Part shown: positions 12,770-26,447 of the stretch, piece by piece | Numbering within the stretch: position 1 is the first letter of the stretch | Layout of the letters: each line of letters opens with the position of its first letter | Translations under genes and position numbers: made by a program | Source of the DNA: Camelus ferus | Lineage: Eukaryota | Direction of reading: 5' to 3' | Assembly: GCF_009834535.1 (NCBI RefSeq) | Contig: NC_045697.1 | Span: 86,244,001 to 86,308,000 of the forward strand | DNA length: 64,000 nucleotides | Notes under the pieces: generated by a model | Seen by the model: the letters and a program-made list of their open reading frames with translations, nothing else | Told to the model about the DNA's origin: nothing | Databases searched by the model: none

Positions 12770-13100
12770 TTATTAAGGTATCTTTCTTATTCCTATTTTA
12801 TCAAGATTTTTTATTTGGGACTGAATGTTTCATTTTATTAAATGCCACCCCCCCCCCTTTTCTGCATATGTGAAGATGGTCATGGTTTGGAATTCTTCTT
12901 TGAATCATAGGATTGATTATCTTAATAGATTTTCTAACATTGAAACTTCTTTGCCTGCCTGGGAAGTACTTTACTTGATTGTGGTTATAGTCCTTTTACT
13001 ACACTGATTGATCTCTTTGCTGGTATTAAGATTTCATCTGTATATGAATGGAGTATGGCTTTCTTTTTGTGATACATTTGTCAGTTTTTGGTATTAGTTA
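12770..13100 (-). mobile_element. Old L1 ORF2 fragment
   Basis: ttttctgcatatgtgaagatggtcat...cttgattgtggttata parallels the L1 segment at ~62500-62780 in this window. Confidence 0.6.
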
Positions 13101-13275
13101 TAACTCTCTGTTCAGAGCAAAATTTCCAACATAACAGATTTTGTCCTAAAGAACGTCACATCATAGATTGCTAAATTCTGGTTGGATTTTTACTTCTATT
13201 TCTCAATCCCTTTATTCTTTACTTGATGACTCACAATTTTTCTATCTCCTCAAACACACCTTTTATTTATTCTAG

Positions 13276-13807
13276 TGCAACACAGGTAGTTTCTGACTTG
13301 GCCTCCAGAGATGCCCACTTCCTGGTAGTTATGCCTGAGTATAATCCCCTCGCCTTGAATGTGAGAAGGAGCTATGATTTGTTTCTAACCAATAGAATAT
13401 GGCAAAGAAGATGGAATGTCACTTCCATGATCAGGTTACATAAGAGAGTGACTCCTGTCTTGTCAACAGGAGAGAGTCTTCTCTCCTTCCAGACTCTGAT
13501 AACACAAGTTCCCATGTTGGAGAGGTCCACGTGGTAAGGAAATGAGGGTGACCTATGGCCAACAGCCCTCAGTCCAATAACCCTCAAAGAACTGAAATTT
13601 TGCCAATAACTTGATCCTTTCTCAGTCAAATATTCGCATGGGACCCCAGCCCTGGGCAAACCTTAGTTGTAGCCCTGTAAGAGACTGGAAGCAGAGAACC
13701 CAGCTGAACCACCCCTGACTTACAGAAACTGTGACATAATGAATGTGTATTGTTTTAAGCCACCAAGCTTGTGGTAATTTGTTAGTCAGTGATAGACAAC
13801 CAATACA
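13276..13807 (+). mobile_element. MaLR solo LTR (MLT1E/F-like)
   Basis: gtataatcccctcgccttgaatgtgag, cagaaactgtgacataat...tgttttaagccaccaagcttgtggtaatttgtt...caataca. Confidence 0.8.
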
Positions 13808-13889
13808 CATTGAATAATAGATTCCCAGGGTGTGAAGAATCTTTTTAAAAATCACACAGTTCAACTTTATATTCTACTGTGAATCTCCT

Positions 13890-14010
13890 CCAAGTGCATG
13901 TCTAGCTTACGTTTAAATGGTCCAGATGACAGAAAACTCACTACTATAAATGACAGTCCATTCCATCTTGAGGAAATTATAATGTTTAGGAAATAGTTCA
14001 TTTTAGTAAG
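13890..14010 (-). mobile_element. L3/CR1 3' fragment
   Basis: gatgacagaaaactcactac...agtccattccat...aatgtttaggaaa resembles the reverse L3 tail. Confidence 0.4.
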
Positions 14011-15544
14011 TTAAATATTTGATTCATAGGTCCTGACTCTTAGCTAGGTGTCACGTCCATTTTTTCTTCCACATAAATAAATCTTAAATGATTTTAACAC
14101 AGCTATGCTTTTTATTTCTAATCTTCTATTCTTGTTTACACTGTAATGAAACTATGAACTTTCTGAGACTGGGAACCAATCCTGTTTTCTTGTATCTCCT
14201 GTGCCTATAATCCTGGGCATAAAGAAAATGTTCAGCAAACATTGGTGGAGTAAGATTCGATTATCAATGTTAAATATTCCCAGCTCTTCCAAAACCCTTA
14301 ACATGATACGGTGTTGTGTCCTCGCTCATCACCTTTGTCTTCATTTTCTCGGCAAGGTGCCCATAACTGACCTTAACTTTAAGGTTTGCTTTAAGTAGTA
14401 AAAGAAACGTGGTATCATCACTTACAGTAATTAATAAACCCACTATTGAAATCACTGTTTACTCATCTTGGACTCACTGTCAAAGAAAATCTTTCTTTCT
14501 TGTCTTATATGAGCTGTATGAAGGCCTGTCATTCCGATGTTACATTTACTCTGCTTAATTTCAGTTTATTTTATTTGTTCACACCAAGAAGATGATATCT
14601 TCCTGGGTACTAAATAATCACCTCAAGTCGTCTCCTTTGTTCTTAACTGCGCATTACCCACAGATTTGATAGATAGTTTTAAAACTTCATCTAAGCTTTG
14701 AATATAGTGTTAAGATGTGGCCAAGACAAGTCCGTTATTCTGGTTGATAACTATACATCATAGTCTTTAAATAATAACCCTTGTGCAGACTCTTACGATG
14801 GCCTTTTAATTGTTGTCTCTACCATTTTCCACCTTAAGTTCCTTCTTTACAAGGCAGCCACTTAATAGTTTTCTATTTCCTACCGATGTCTTCAAGCTTA
14901 TCTTTTATTTATTTTAACAAAGTCAGCATAGTTCTTTTACTGTCTGCCTCTGGAGTCTTTTGGGGTCGTAAGTCTAGTTTCTTTATATTCCTCATTTTCT
15001 TCATATGTAGAGCACTATATTTGAAAATTATTTGTGGAAACAGTTTGAGGCCCAGATGAAGGTACTCAACTCCAGAGAATTTTTTTCTGCTTTTGCTAGG
15101 CTTCTGGGAGCATTTCCATTTAAACTGTAAGTTTAAGTCTTGAGATAACAATTAAATCAGAGGTTTTAATTTTCTTTTGGGCTGTTTCCCTTCTGATTCG
15201 TGCCTATCCTGAATGTGCAGCCTTTTGGAGGAGGGTTCCCAGTTTATTGAAAGGAGGGTCTTCTACTAGATTCTCCACTGTGTCATCTCCCTTGTCCAAC
15301 AAGGCCATCAGAATGAAGCTTCTGACTTAACCAGACTGGGAAATGACTTCAGGTCAAAAGCTGTTTCTTTGCCCACCTCCTTTCTGTGTCCCTTACCTTC
15401 CAAAGTTCTCATTTTCCCTCCATGCTTGGTCTTTTCAAAAACTGTCTTATCTTTTTAATGATTTTAAGAAGAGGTTTCTTTTAAGTGTTTTGGTTGTTTC
15501 CAGCAGGACTATTGATTCAAATATCATAGCCCACTGTTACACAC

Positions 15545-15740
15545 GAATCTGCTTCAAATTCTCACTTTGTTACTTTGTAGTTGTGTGACTTTGGATAAAT
15601 TATTTAAGCTCCATGAACCTCAGTTTTCTCATCCGTAAAACAGGGATAATAATAGTACCTGCATTACAGGATTACATGTCAAGAATGTGATAAGCTGGCA
15701 CATAGTTAAGTATTTGATAAATGTTAACCATTATTAGTAT
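15545..15740 (+). mobile_element. MIR
   Basis: tgtgactttggataaattatttaagctccatgaacctcagttttctcatccgtaaaacagggataataatagtacct core. Confidence 0.85.
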
Positions 15741-16738
15741 GTATTTTCATACCATCTTATTTATTTCCTTTAGGGCATTTACCACTTTCAAAGATGGCCT
15801 TATTTATTTTTTATTGTTGTTATTTTCTCTTTTAATAAAACATAAGCTCCGTATTTTAGTATTTACCATCATAAATCAAACAATATCATTTTCAATGAAT
15901 TAATGAATGTATTCAAGTTTTTCACTAAAATATCATCTTTGACTCATTCCTAATAACCCACAAATGAAAAATAGGCCATTTTTATGTGAGAAAAAGTCTA
16001 TTCTATAGCATATTCTTTTTAAAATGAGCAAATTAAAAGTGCACCTTAATCCAAGAAAAATAAAGAATAATTAGACCAGATTTGACAATGTAACTGCCAA
16101 AATCACTTGGATATACAGCACATTACTTCTATGTTTGGACAAACAATGCCCCTCCACAAATTTTAAAGACCAAGATGCCTTAGTTCAGGTAACTTTAAAA
16201 ATTTACATATGTACCCATTTACAGAATGTCTCAATCTTTCACCATTCATCATAATTCTAGAAACTCTTTCTTCCATGAAGCCATTACTCCATTCATAGGA
16301 ATTCAGGGATGTTCACCATGTAATTTCTTACATTAGAACCTTTTGATAAAATGACTGCATTATGTACTCTCTTCTGTGCCAGTGAACGAAACGGAATGAA
16401 CTATAAACATGTCTGATCCTGTGAGTGCCTCTCTGTGGATGGAGATGCCATTTATATTACAATTTGGTGGGTGAAAACTTCCCTATCATCTCTGCCTTCT
16501 CTCAGTTCAGAGTCTCAGAAGGATATGGATCATATTAGACCCGACATTGTCTTAAATGCTCCTCACTCTCTGACCTGGACACAGATGTCTCTGTTTCATT
16601 GTCTATGGGGAGATGATTTCTATGTCTATGTCTATGGCAATGATTTCCTCTGCAGGGAAAGCTCAGGAAACCCCTTCCTCCAGAAAGGCCTCCTCAAGCT
16701 CTCTTTAGTTGCTTTCCAATGGGTAACTTAATTGGCTC

Positions 16739-17078
16739 TTTTTTTTTTTTAATATAGTTCCCTGTGCTATACAGTAGAAAATTGCTGTTTATCTATTTTA
16801 TATATAGTAGTTTGTATCTGCTAATTCCAAACTCCTGATTTATCCCTCGCCCACCCCGTTTCCTCTTTGGTAACCAAAAGTTTATTTTCTATGACTGTGA
16901 GTCTGTTTCTGTTTTGTAAAAAAGTTCATTTGTGTCATATTTTAGGTTCCACATACAAGTGATATCATATGGTATTTGTCTTTTGCTGTCTGACTTACTT
17001 CACTTAGTATGATAATGTCTAGGTCCATCCATGTTGCCGCAAATGACATTATTTCATTCTTTTTTGTGGCTCAGTAAC
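16739..17078 (-). mobile_element. Artiodactyl-type L1 3' UTR fragment
   Basis: Poly(T) then aatatagttccctgtgctatacagtag...cttcacttagtatgataatgtctaggtccatccatgttg; homologous to copies at 36.7 and 42.5 kb. Confidence 0.85.
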
Positions 17079-17087
17079 ATGTATATA

Positions 17088-17178
<91 letters not shown>

Positions 17179-17180
17179 AT
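17079..17180. repeat. Compound (GT)n(AT)n(GT)n microsatellite
   Basis: Directly visible dinucleotide runs. Confidence 0.97.
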
Positions 17181-17639
17181 AAATACCCCATTGGTATGGA
17201 GGCTGTAGGTCAAAGCCATGGAAATGGTTAAGATGACTCCGTAGAATCACTGAAATGAGAAGAGTAGTCTCAAAAAGAAAGAATAAGTTGGGGAAAAATA
17301 AAGATAAGCAAAAGAAGGTGTGTCTTAGAGGCCTTAGGGGGCAAAGTGTCAAAGGAAAAGATTGTTCTAAGAAGGAAGGATTGTCAGCAATATTAGAAGT
17401 TCCAAAGAAATCCAGTATGATTAAATCCTGCTCAGTTCTGATTGGCTGAATCCCCTGCACCTGATTGGACCTGGCCAGTCAGAGAGCACATGTGCAAGAG
17501 CAGGTCACACTCATTATCTCTTATTTTTCTTAAGTCGATATTAAACAGTTGGAAAGATAGCAAATGAAATTTCCTTGAAAACACAACTCTTCCTAAAAAG
17601 TGGCTGAAAATAATATGACACATTTTCTGGTAGTAGCAC

Positions 17640-18110
17640 TATGCATCAGTCAGATCTCATTAGATTAAAAGTGACCGGATGAAACCAAATCAATTTACAC
17701 CAAAAAGGAAATTTGTTGGTCCTCATAATTGAAAGTCTGGGTAAGAGTTTAAGCTCATCTGAACCCGGACACTCAAATCCTGTCATTAGAGATCTCTCTC
17801 CACTTCTCAGCTCTGCTGATCTCACTGCTAACCACGTCGCTGACAGCTTCTGACCAAGTCATGAGGGAAGTGGCAGCCAGCAGCTCCAGGCTTACATCCT
17901 GTCAGTCCATGGACTCCAGCAAACAGTGGGCACCACCTTCCCAGCTCCTCTTGTGCATATCCTGGAGCTATATTTTACTTAATGCAATGGCGAAATAAGG
18001 TGTCCATTTCTGAAATAACCACTGAGCCTGCAGGACTGGGCTTTCCCAAGAGGCTAGGCTTATACCACATGTCCACTCGTGAAATTGGGGTTGGGTGTGG
18101 GGTCAACCCC
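17640..18110 (-). mobile_element. Old MaLR LTR (MLT1-like), degenerate
   Basis: aaaggaaatttgttggtcctcataattgaaagtc and ggcagccagcagctccaggcttacatc motifs. Confidence 0.45.
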
Positions 18111-18799
18111 ACGAACAGCAGCATTGATACATGTGCTGCATGCCTGCGCTGGGTCTGAGGGTTTTATTCTATAGTTCTGCTCAAGCCCCATGTTCTCACC
18201 AGGCCTTTGCACATGTGGGTGAGGTGGCCCCTTTTTACCTAACAGTAGATACTATTCTTGAAAAGGGGAAAGAGATTATAACTGACGTGAAGGAAGCAGC
18301 CCCCTAACAGGAAAACCAGAGAGACAGCAGAAAAAAGGAAAAGCAAGAAAAAGGAAGCAAACAGTAAAAGAAAGAGAGATTAAAAAACAAAAACAAACAT
18401 AAACAAATATGAGGATCATTAAACAGCTGTAAAGTTAATCACAACATTTGCCCTGGCCGATTCCTGTAGAACACACCCTGCTTTGGTAATAAGCCCCTGA
18501 GAATGAGCTGAGTTGACCTGTTCCGGCTCATCCCTGAGGTTGACCTTCTTCTAAGTTTTTTCCTGCTTCCGACTTTCCATCTTCCATCCTTTCTTTACTC
18601 CTTCCAACTGCTCGCATCTCTACTGACTGCTTCCTCCTTACATTTGTGGTGACTGTCTTCCACCTTCTTTTGCCTGGTTTGGCTTCACCTCTGCACAGCA
18701 GAATTTTATTTTGCATTCCTCCAAGGAGAGATGGAAAAGAAAAAGATGACAGAGAACTCTGCCAAGCCACTGGCTTAGTGATTTGATTTGCCACAGCTA

Positions 18800-18942
18800 A
18801 GATGGGCTATGTAATTTTCAGGGCCTCTTGTTCAAAATGTATTAAGAACTTCAGGACAGCCGAGCATTAAACGAGGAACCGGGCCCTTCTAGGGCTGGTC
18901 TCTGTGCAGCTGTCAAGGATGTGCTCTCATGACGCTGACCTG
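18800..18942 (-). mobile_element. hAT non-autonomous DNA transposon (MER45A-like)
   Basis: Reverse strand ...agaagggcccggttcctcgtttaatgctcggctgtcctgaagttcttaatacattttgaacaagaggccc resembles MER45A as recalled. Confidence 0.6.
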
Positions 18943-19019
18943 GGGCAGAACTCTGCTTACTTCCCAACTGCCATCCTCGGACATTCCTTTACTTTCATTT
19001 GGCCATCCTTTTAAGGGAG

Positions 19020-19430
19020 CCTGGTCCCATCCTCAAATCCGGGAGAGCGGATTAAGCCAATAGTAGATTTCCATTTCCTTTGCCAGCAACTGGTCGAGGC
19101 ATGAACATATGATATAGTTCTGGCCAATGAGGTCTGATTTCATCTTTGATGAGAAGAGACACAGCAGAAGAAGCAGCTCTTTCCCAGACAGTATCATCTG
19201 TGCAATACTGTTCATCTGTGCAATGCTGTAACCATCTTGCTAAATGAAGAAAGCTTTACTGAAAGGTGGCAAAGTGAAAAGAGAGAAGGAACTCATTGAT
19301 TGGTTATTGAATTAACTAGCCATGAAGCCTTTCCTGCTTAGGCTTTGCAGTTTGTGAAATAATTTTTTTTTTAATTAAGCCATTTGGGTTGGGGTTTTCC
19401 TCTAATAGCTAAAAGGAATTCAATTTGTAT
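19020..19430 (+). mobile_element. Old ERVL/MaLR LTR
   Basis: tagttctggccaatgagg...ttaagccatttgggttggggttttc...aaggaattc motifs. Confidence 0.5.
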
Positions 19431-22179
19431 ATCTTAGTAGTCAGAGACATTCTTACATAAAAGTAAATTCTTACATAAAAATAGGAACAGAAAAAAATAG
19501 ACAAAATAAATTGTGGTGCAACACTGAAGGACAAGGCTTCTTGAAAATACTGCTTCCCCACCGAAGAGACCTAGCTCATATTGGCCAGTTTCTCTTTCTC
19601 GTGAGATGTTGAGGCACATACATAGAAAGTCTAGAAACAGGAAGCAAAGCAGCAAAACACAAATGAAATACAAGCCCAGGTTTCAGAAATGGCTTTGATA
19701 AGAGAAACTTTGATTTATATGTAAGATTTCCTGAGGGTAACATGAGTAAAAGCTACCTACCATTCCAGAAGCAGAAACAATAAATCCTCGAATGTGCTTT
19801 TTTGTGTCACCTTTAAAATTACCACTGTTAAGTGACTTATCTAGCTTCAATAGCTTACTTACTAGTAAAACAGAGATAAACTAAAGGAAAGTCTTTCTTG
19901 AGATGTCACCAAATAGGATCTGAAGCTGTTTGTTGTAGTCAGGACTTTGTCTGTTGTAAATAATAAGAAACCTAAATCAAGCTGACGTAAGCTTGCATAG
20001 TCAAGGAGGACTGAATTCTGGCCCAGCTGGATCCAGGTTCACACAGTTAAGGCTCTTTCTCCATCTCTTGGCTCTGCAGATCCTTGAGGGATACAGTGCT
20101 CTGACTGGGCGGGTCTCCTCACACACCCTGTCCTGGTGCGAGGAGGAGTTTGCCTACCCCAGCCACCTAGACTGAGAGCGGGGGGGAGGGTAGTTTCTGA
20201 AGGAGAACGTGGGTTTTGTCTAAGAAGACTGGAAAGGATTCCAGGCAATCAAAACCAAGTTGCCTGTGTTACTATTGTGCAACAAATAAGCGTTGAAATT
20301 TTAGTCTATTAATGGCAAGTATTACAGGAAAGGCAAATGTTACTCAGAAGTCAAAACAAAGAATTCTGAATCGAACACTAATTTATCTTGAAGTTAAGAC
20401 TTTTTTCTTAACATACCAGTTAAATTTTGAGAATTAAGATTTTAGTCTTTTGTCTTATCATTCCAAAAACTCATTCTATTTCTAAATTGAAGGGAATTTG
20501 TGAATTCACACATGTCTAATCTGATGTAAATTGAAAAAGGAATGAAATTGAAACCCAGAGACATTATGTATATGACCAAATCAAAATGATGACAGATTAG
20601 AGATAACAAAGTAAGATTCTTCAGTGAAACTATCTATTATGCTCCATCCAAGTGGCAATTAAAAAGCCCGGACGTAAAGTCACATAATTTGATTGGGTTC
20701 ATACCAACATCTCTGACTGCTTGTCAGAAGAGACAGTTTAGTTAAGGAGTTGACTTCATGTGTTGGAAAGTAACAAGGAGTATCATCCTTTCTTTCAAAA
20801 AGCTTGGACTAAAATCTTCCAGTCACAAGATACTGAAAGAGCAGCGTTACTGGAAATATTCCAGAAAGAGTCCCTATGAAGTGAAAGGCATACTTCAAAT
20901 TTCAGACGGAGCTTTTTATTTATTGTGAGTTCAGGGATTCACCTTTTTAAGAGCCAGGCCTCTAGATCTGCATGAGTCTGAGATTGCCTCATTTTCATTG
21001 GCACAAAGACAAAGACATTAATTCCCTGTCCCAGAATAACAAGACATCCTTTATTTCGAATAGAGGTAACTCGAAAACATTGCAATAATTTATAGGTACT
21101 ATGTAATTCTAAGACACCTTGTTATTCCAAAGGCTGAAGAAAAATTAGCTATTTAAGAGGTGGTTTATCTGAGTCAAATTATGGCATTGCTTTGCAAGGA
21201 GTTTTCTTGCATCTCATGCAAACCCAACTCCTTTTTAAGTTATCACCTGAGGAGTTGTGCAATGTTACAGTCAGTGCAGATGGTAGGTCTTCGGAGTGAA
21301 GGTCTCCATCCAACAAAAATATATCTAAAAAAAGCCCAATCCACTCATTACTATCTTTTAATATCTTATTAAGCAGGCTGTATCCATCACTAGAATGTAC
21401 AATAATAGTATGTTACCAAGAGAAAAATATATAACTGAAGCTAAAACTGACTGTGGCCTGTTCTCTCTTATAAGGAAGAGGTGGCGTAACTCATTTCATT
21501 AGTTATGAAAATCATAACTCTATAAAAAGAAAAATCATTCACAATAAATCTCTATGTGGCTCTTTTCTCCTCACAGAGACCATGGAGGAGGGAAGGGGGC
21601 AGTGAGACCTGAAGCAGGGACCCATCAGTCACAGTCTTTGGCCAGTCAAGATGGGCTTGGTACTGAGTTGGGGGATAGAAGTTAGAGCTGCAGAGTTGGC
21701 TCCCACCCCATCAACAGTAGGAAAACCCATTGTTATTGTTGCTGTTTTAGTTGTTTGTGGCAACCAAAGAGGGAGGCAGAGCCACAGCTAGGCAACCTGG
21801 TGGGGAGTGAGAGACAGTGAAACAAAGAAAGTCTAACATTATGTTTTCAGTTGTCTGTCCTAGAAACCTGTGATGTCGCCTTTTTCCCATTCCTTGGAAC
21901 CATTAGTGAAAATGGGCTGTACATCAAAATGCATCAGTCTTTTTGAGGGGAAGGGTGTGAGTGGAATTCAATGAAAAACAGCCTGAGTTCCACGTCTAAG
22001 GTTGTGTGAATCAAAGAAATGGAGACAAGACACCAGTGAGACTGAGAGCTCTGTGGAGCAGGAATTCAGAGTCACAAATAGAGCCCAAGGTTGGCACAGA
22101 AATTCTGGGGAGGAAATGGGACGGTGGCTTCAGTTGACATCTAGGTTACTAAGATACTAATAATTACACATGTATTGAG

Positions 22180-22400
22180 AATAGATCTTGGAATAAGAGC
22201 TTACATGTCTTGCTCTTTTGTTTGTTCATTCCCCCCACAATTCTATATGGTTTTAATCAAATCACTTTTCCTCTTTGAGATGAAGAAATTGAGGCATTGA
22301 AATGTTAAGTAACTTGCCCAAGGTCATAAATACTGAAACTAAACAGAGAACAGAGAACTGCAAGACACAAAAGCCCATATTTTTAACCAGCAATTTACAC
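22180..22400 (-). mobile_element. MIR
   Basis: gagatgaagaaattgaggcattgaaatgttaagtaacttgcccaaggtcata. Confidence 0.75.
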
Positions 22401-22719
22401 TACCTTTCCAGGGTCCCCATCAGCCCCACAGTACTGGTTGGACTGGTTGGCACTCTTAGACCCACACTCCTTTCCTTTAGTATAAATAATTAAGGGCTGC
22501 TTTTACATGCTGCTCCAAATTCCTAGCTCTTTTCAGTTTTAAAAGAAATTACTGTTATCAGTAACAGTTATTGATTATCTAGTTAGTATGTGTGAGAATT
22601 ATAATCAAGCTGGATTAAAAAGTAATAAAATAGAAATAAAAAGCAGTATATTGACAGTCCAAACTAAAAACCAAAAGGCTCAGCTAATGTGGGGTACCAT
22701 AAAGTTATGGAGAAAGTTA

Positions 22720-22915
22720 TTGTGAGATTCCCGGGTCAGCTCCTCAGAAGCTGTGTGGGTTTGGGCAAGTCGGTTAACTTCCCTCACTCGCAACTGCCCA
22801 TCAGCAATATGGGAATGGTCATAGCTTCACCCACCATTGACGTGAGTCTTCAGTGAGATGACAAATGGCAAACTGCTTTGTAAACTGTAAAGGTTTACAT
22901 CAGTTTTAGTTATTT
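22720..22915 (+). mobile_element. MIR
   Basis: gctgtgtgggtttgggcaagtcggttaacttccct...gctttgtaaactgtaaag. Confidence 0.65.
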
Positions 22916-23149
22916 TAAAGTTCAAGTGCAAACATGACTGTCCCCCAGATATTTAAAAACAGCTCATCTTCTACATCACAGGTCAAAGGCCAGAAGATAA
23001 GACTATAACCAGCAAATTCAACTGAGACGCCACTTTTACCCTGCCACTTATGTGGCGAGAGTTACTGGCAGGAAAGCAGGCAGCAATTGTAGCAAGGAGC
23101 ATTGGTGCCAGCAAGGAGAGAGAGAAGAGCAAACACAGTCAACCCAAAC

Positions 23150-23870
23150 CCTATCCTCTCCCTCACACCATCCTCTCCTCTGTTTGTTGTGGAACTAGTC
23201 AGTTTTACACCCTGGATATTTCTCAGATACACCCTTTTTCCACGCCATCACCTCTGCCTTCCTGCAAGCACTCGTGGCCTCTTGACTGGGTGTTGCACCA
23301 ACCCATCAATCCAATTCCCACAACAGAGATTTTTGTTTTTCTAAAATACAAGTGTGATCATGTCACTCTCCAGCTTAAATCCCCAGATTGCCTCCCTGAT
23401 GGCTGGGCAAAGTGTAAAGTCGAAGCTCAGCAGACCCCTTCACAATCAGCTTTTCCCTGTTAGAGCTTCTCCAGTTGCACCTGACAGTCCAACTTGACTC
23501 TGTCTTGCTCTTCAAATAAGCCACAGTCAAAGCCATACCTTTGCACTTGCCCTTCCACTTTCTTCTGATGATTTTTCACCCAGCCCTCAAGACTCAGTGC
23601 AAGAGCAGCCTCTTCTCCACAGCCTTCTTCCCAATCTTCCCCCATCCTGTTATTGCACCCCACACACACTCAGAGGAACTCACCCCACCCACTAACACAT
23701 TATGTGTGTGCCTCTTACAGCATTTCCCACAAGCAGTATCATTATTTACTTTTCTGTCTCCCCCACTAGACTGTGAACTCCCTGAGGGTAGAGATTTCCT
23801 CACATTTGAATCTCTGAACCTAGTACATAACAGCTCCTTAATCAGCATTGAGTGAATAAATGTATTGACA
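23150..23870 (+). mobile_element. L2 3' portion
   Basis: ctaaaatacaagtgtgatcatgtcactctccagcttaaa ... ctccccactagactgtgaactccctgagggtagaga ... tgagtgaataaatg (L2 3' end). Confidence 0.8.
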
Positions 23871-25659
23871 CTGACTTAAAAGATTCTCACATTAGTGGTT
23901 TTTAAAAATGATTGCATTAGCAATGTATTATAGAAGCACAGCTTGCTTGTAATTTTCTGTCTCATGTACTCAGCATGGAATTTTTTTTCAATCAGAATAC
24001 CTGAAGTTGTAATCATTGAAAAGAGGTGACATGAGATAAATGGATGCTTATGCTTAGAAAAATGTAAGAGAGGGCAGTGATTAACAGAAAAATCCCAACA
24101 AGACATTTCTTTATCCTCATTTTCATGTCAAATCTCCTTATCTTGGAACTTGCAGTAAAGTTTTGACTCTATTAATTGTGACATTACTGGCTGCTGCTGT
24201 CAACTTCAGGGCAATGTCAAAAATGCTGACCTGTGAAAACCAGCAGGGGTGAAGGAGCATAGAAAATAGAATGTTTTAGTATGAGAAACTCTCTAAAGGA
24301 AGAAACCCAGTGCCCGGAGACCATTATCTGGTAAAGACATTTGTCTGACTGTGGGTATAAGCCAAAAGCATTTCATTTATAGTGGGCAGGGTAGAGGCGG
24401 TCAGAGCGAGACAACTATTTTAGCTGCTTTCTCTGTGTAATGGCAATTCTAAAGGAAAAATAAGAGAGATACATTATTCAGTGACTCACCCTCTACGAAG
24501 CCATAATTTATAGTAGACTAAGTAATGACACTGAGGGGGCATGACTCCCAAATTGGCCTGGACTTCTTTACCAGTGGGATTTTTTTAAAGGGAAACTGGT
24601 AGTTTTTTTTTAAGGAAAAGGCTTCCTTAAGTAGTGTATTGTACTAAAGCCGACAAGTAAAATCATGCTTTCTTATGAAGGCAAGGATTATTGCTCTTTT
24701 TAAAAGGATGGAGGAGACCTGATGATGAAAGGGCAGGGCACCTGATGTCTCTTCCCTGTCATCAGCCTTCAGGACTCTAGCCTGTGCCCTCACCACCCTG
24801 GGACTGGACCACTGCACCTGCTTCAGAAACCTCCCGTCATCCCAGCCCACATCACTGGTCCAGCCTTTACTGGGCCACCTAGTTCCAAACAAGTTTACTT
24901 TGTATCACTGGGCACAAGATGCTCTAAGCATCTCTCACTGAATGTTGTTGGGCTTCTCAGATGCCTCAAGGTGGGATGCCTGTGGGACCTCTGGGACTCA
25001 CACTTGTGACCTGAGAGTGTGTTTGCCTGGGGACAGGGTAACAAAATTCCCCTCTCTGCCATCCCTTGGGTAGATAGATCTGAGGCTCTTTCTACACAAT
25101 TCCACAGGTTGTGCCGTTGGCATCAAGCCCCAGTTGCCCACAGTGGAGACCAACTAGGCAACACACCATTAAACTGGATAACACATAAATATCACCTGCT
25201 TTTTCACCTTCCCTGGGTGGTATTTTCCATCTTATTTCCTAGGACAAAAATCCAGGATCTCCTGGTCTAGTAATAGTAAGAGATTGTAGGGAGAAAAAAG
25301 ACAAATAAGAAAAATATGGTTAAAAAGATTACAAAGATAATATTTTTCAGGTCTCTCCCATCTTTTCAATATCTTCCTACCATTGTCAGCTAGCCAAATT
25401 TTTACCATGTCAGTTCTCTACAAAGAAGCCAACAATAGCTTCCAGTTTACTTTCTTTGATATCTGGTCTGAACTTGTCTTCTCTTCTCCAGCTGTCCTTC
25501 AAGTTAGTGTCAATACCCTTGAAGTAAGGGAAACTATAGGGTACCAAAAATCGGGGTAATATTAAGAGGAGGAAATGGGACTAAGGACATGACCAGAAAT
25601 AGCCATTCAAGTTTGCCACCATGATATGCTCTTCTTACGTCCTTCACGTGACCTCCTGC

Positions 25660-26055
25660 AGCAGAAGCAGTGTCTGGTTCAATAACAGAAGTTTGTCTTG
25701 AGTACACAGATAAACTACATTTCCCAGCTCCTTGCAGCCATCTGTCTGTTTTCTGGACAATGGAATGTGAGCAGAGTGATTTACACCTCAGCGAGCCTTG
25801 GCCCATAAAAATCTTCCATCCCGTCCTCTGTTTACTCTTCTTCTGTGGCAACCTTGGGAATTACACATGGAAGATGATGACATCAAAAGATGGATCAGCT
25901 AAGGGCTCTAAATGGTTGGATGGAGATGAATCCTTTATTCTCCCCCCCCCCCCGCCACCCCCATCACATTAAATTGGGATGTAAATGAATAATTAAGGTT
26001 TATTGTGTTAAAGCCTCTGAGATTGGAGGTTGTTTGCTATGGCAATGAATAGTGC
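25660..26055 (+). mobile_element. Old MaLR LTR (MLT1J-like)
   Basis: aaactacatttcccagctccttgcag...tttattgtgttaaagcctctgagattggaggttgtttgctatggca. Confidence 0.7.
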
Positions 26056-26354
26056 TATTTACCAGCCTGCCTTCCTCAGTATTGTGCATACGAATTCTCT
26101 TACCTAAAATGAGCACTTTCTTCCCTATATTTTTCTAATCAAAATCCTACCAATGTGTGAAAATCCACCTGAGGGTCCTACCCAATCCACACACTTTCTG
26201 ATGACCACTACAGCTCATGGTGACCTATCTATTCCCCTAACTCCTAGGGGACTATTGTCCTATTTGGACCTTAAATAAGTACTGCTTTACTTTATTTTTT
26301 GGCTTTTCATGTGTTACTTGCCCAACTAGATTATAAATTACCAGCTGTAGAAGA

Positions 26355-26355
<1 letters not shown>

Positions 26356-26445
<90 letters not shown>
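26356..26445. repeat. Compound trinucleotide microsatellite (ATT)18(ATC)12
   Basis: Directly visible; lies in L2-like sequence and explains the poly-Ile ORF 26299..26514. Confidence 0.97.

Positions 26446-26447
<2 letters not shown>

Noticed and set aside
17031..17460. ORFs with IYIYIY / THTHTH runs
   Set aside because: Translation of dinucleotide microsatellites
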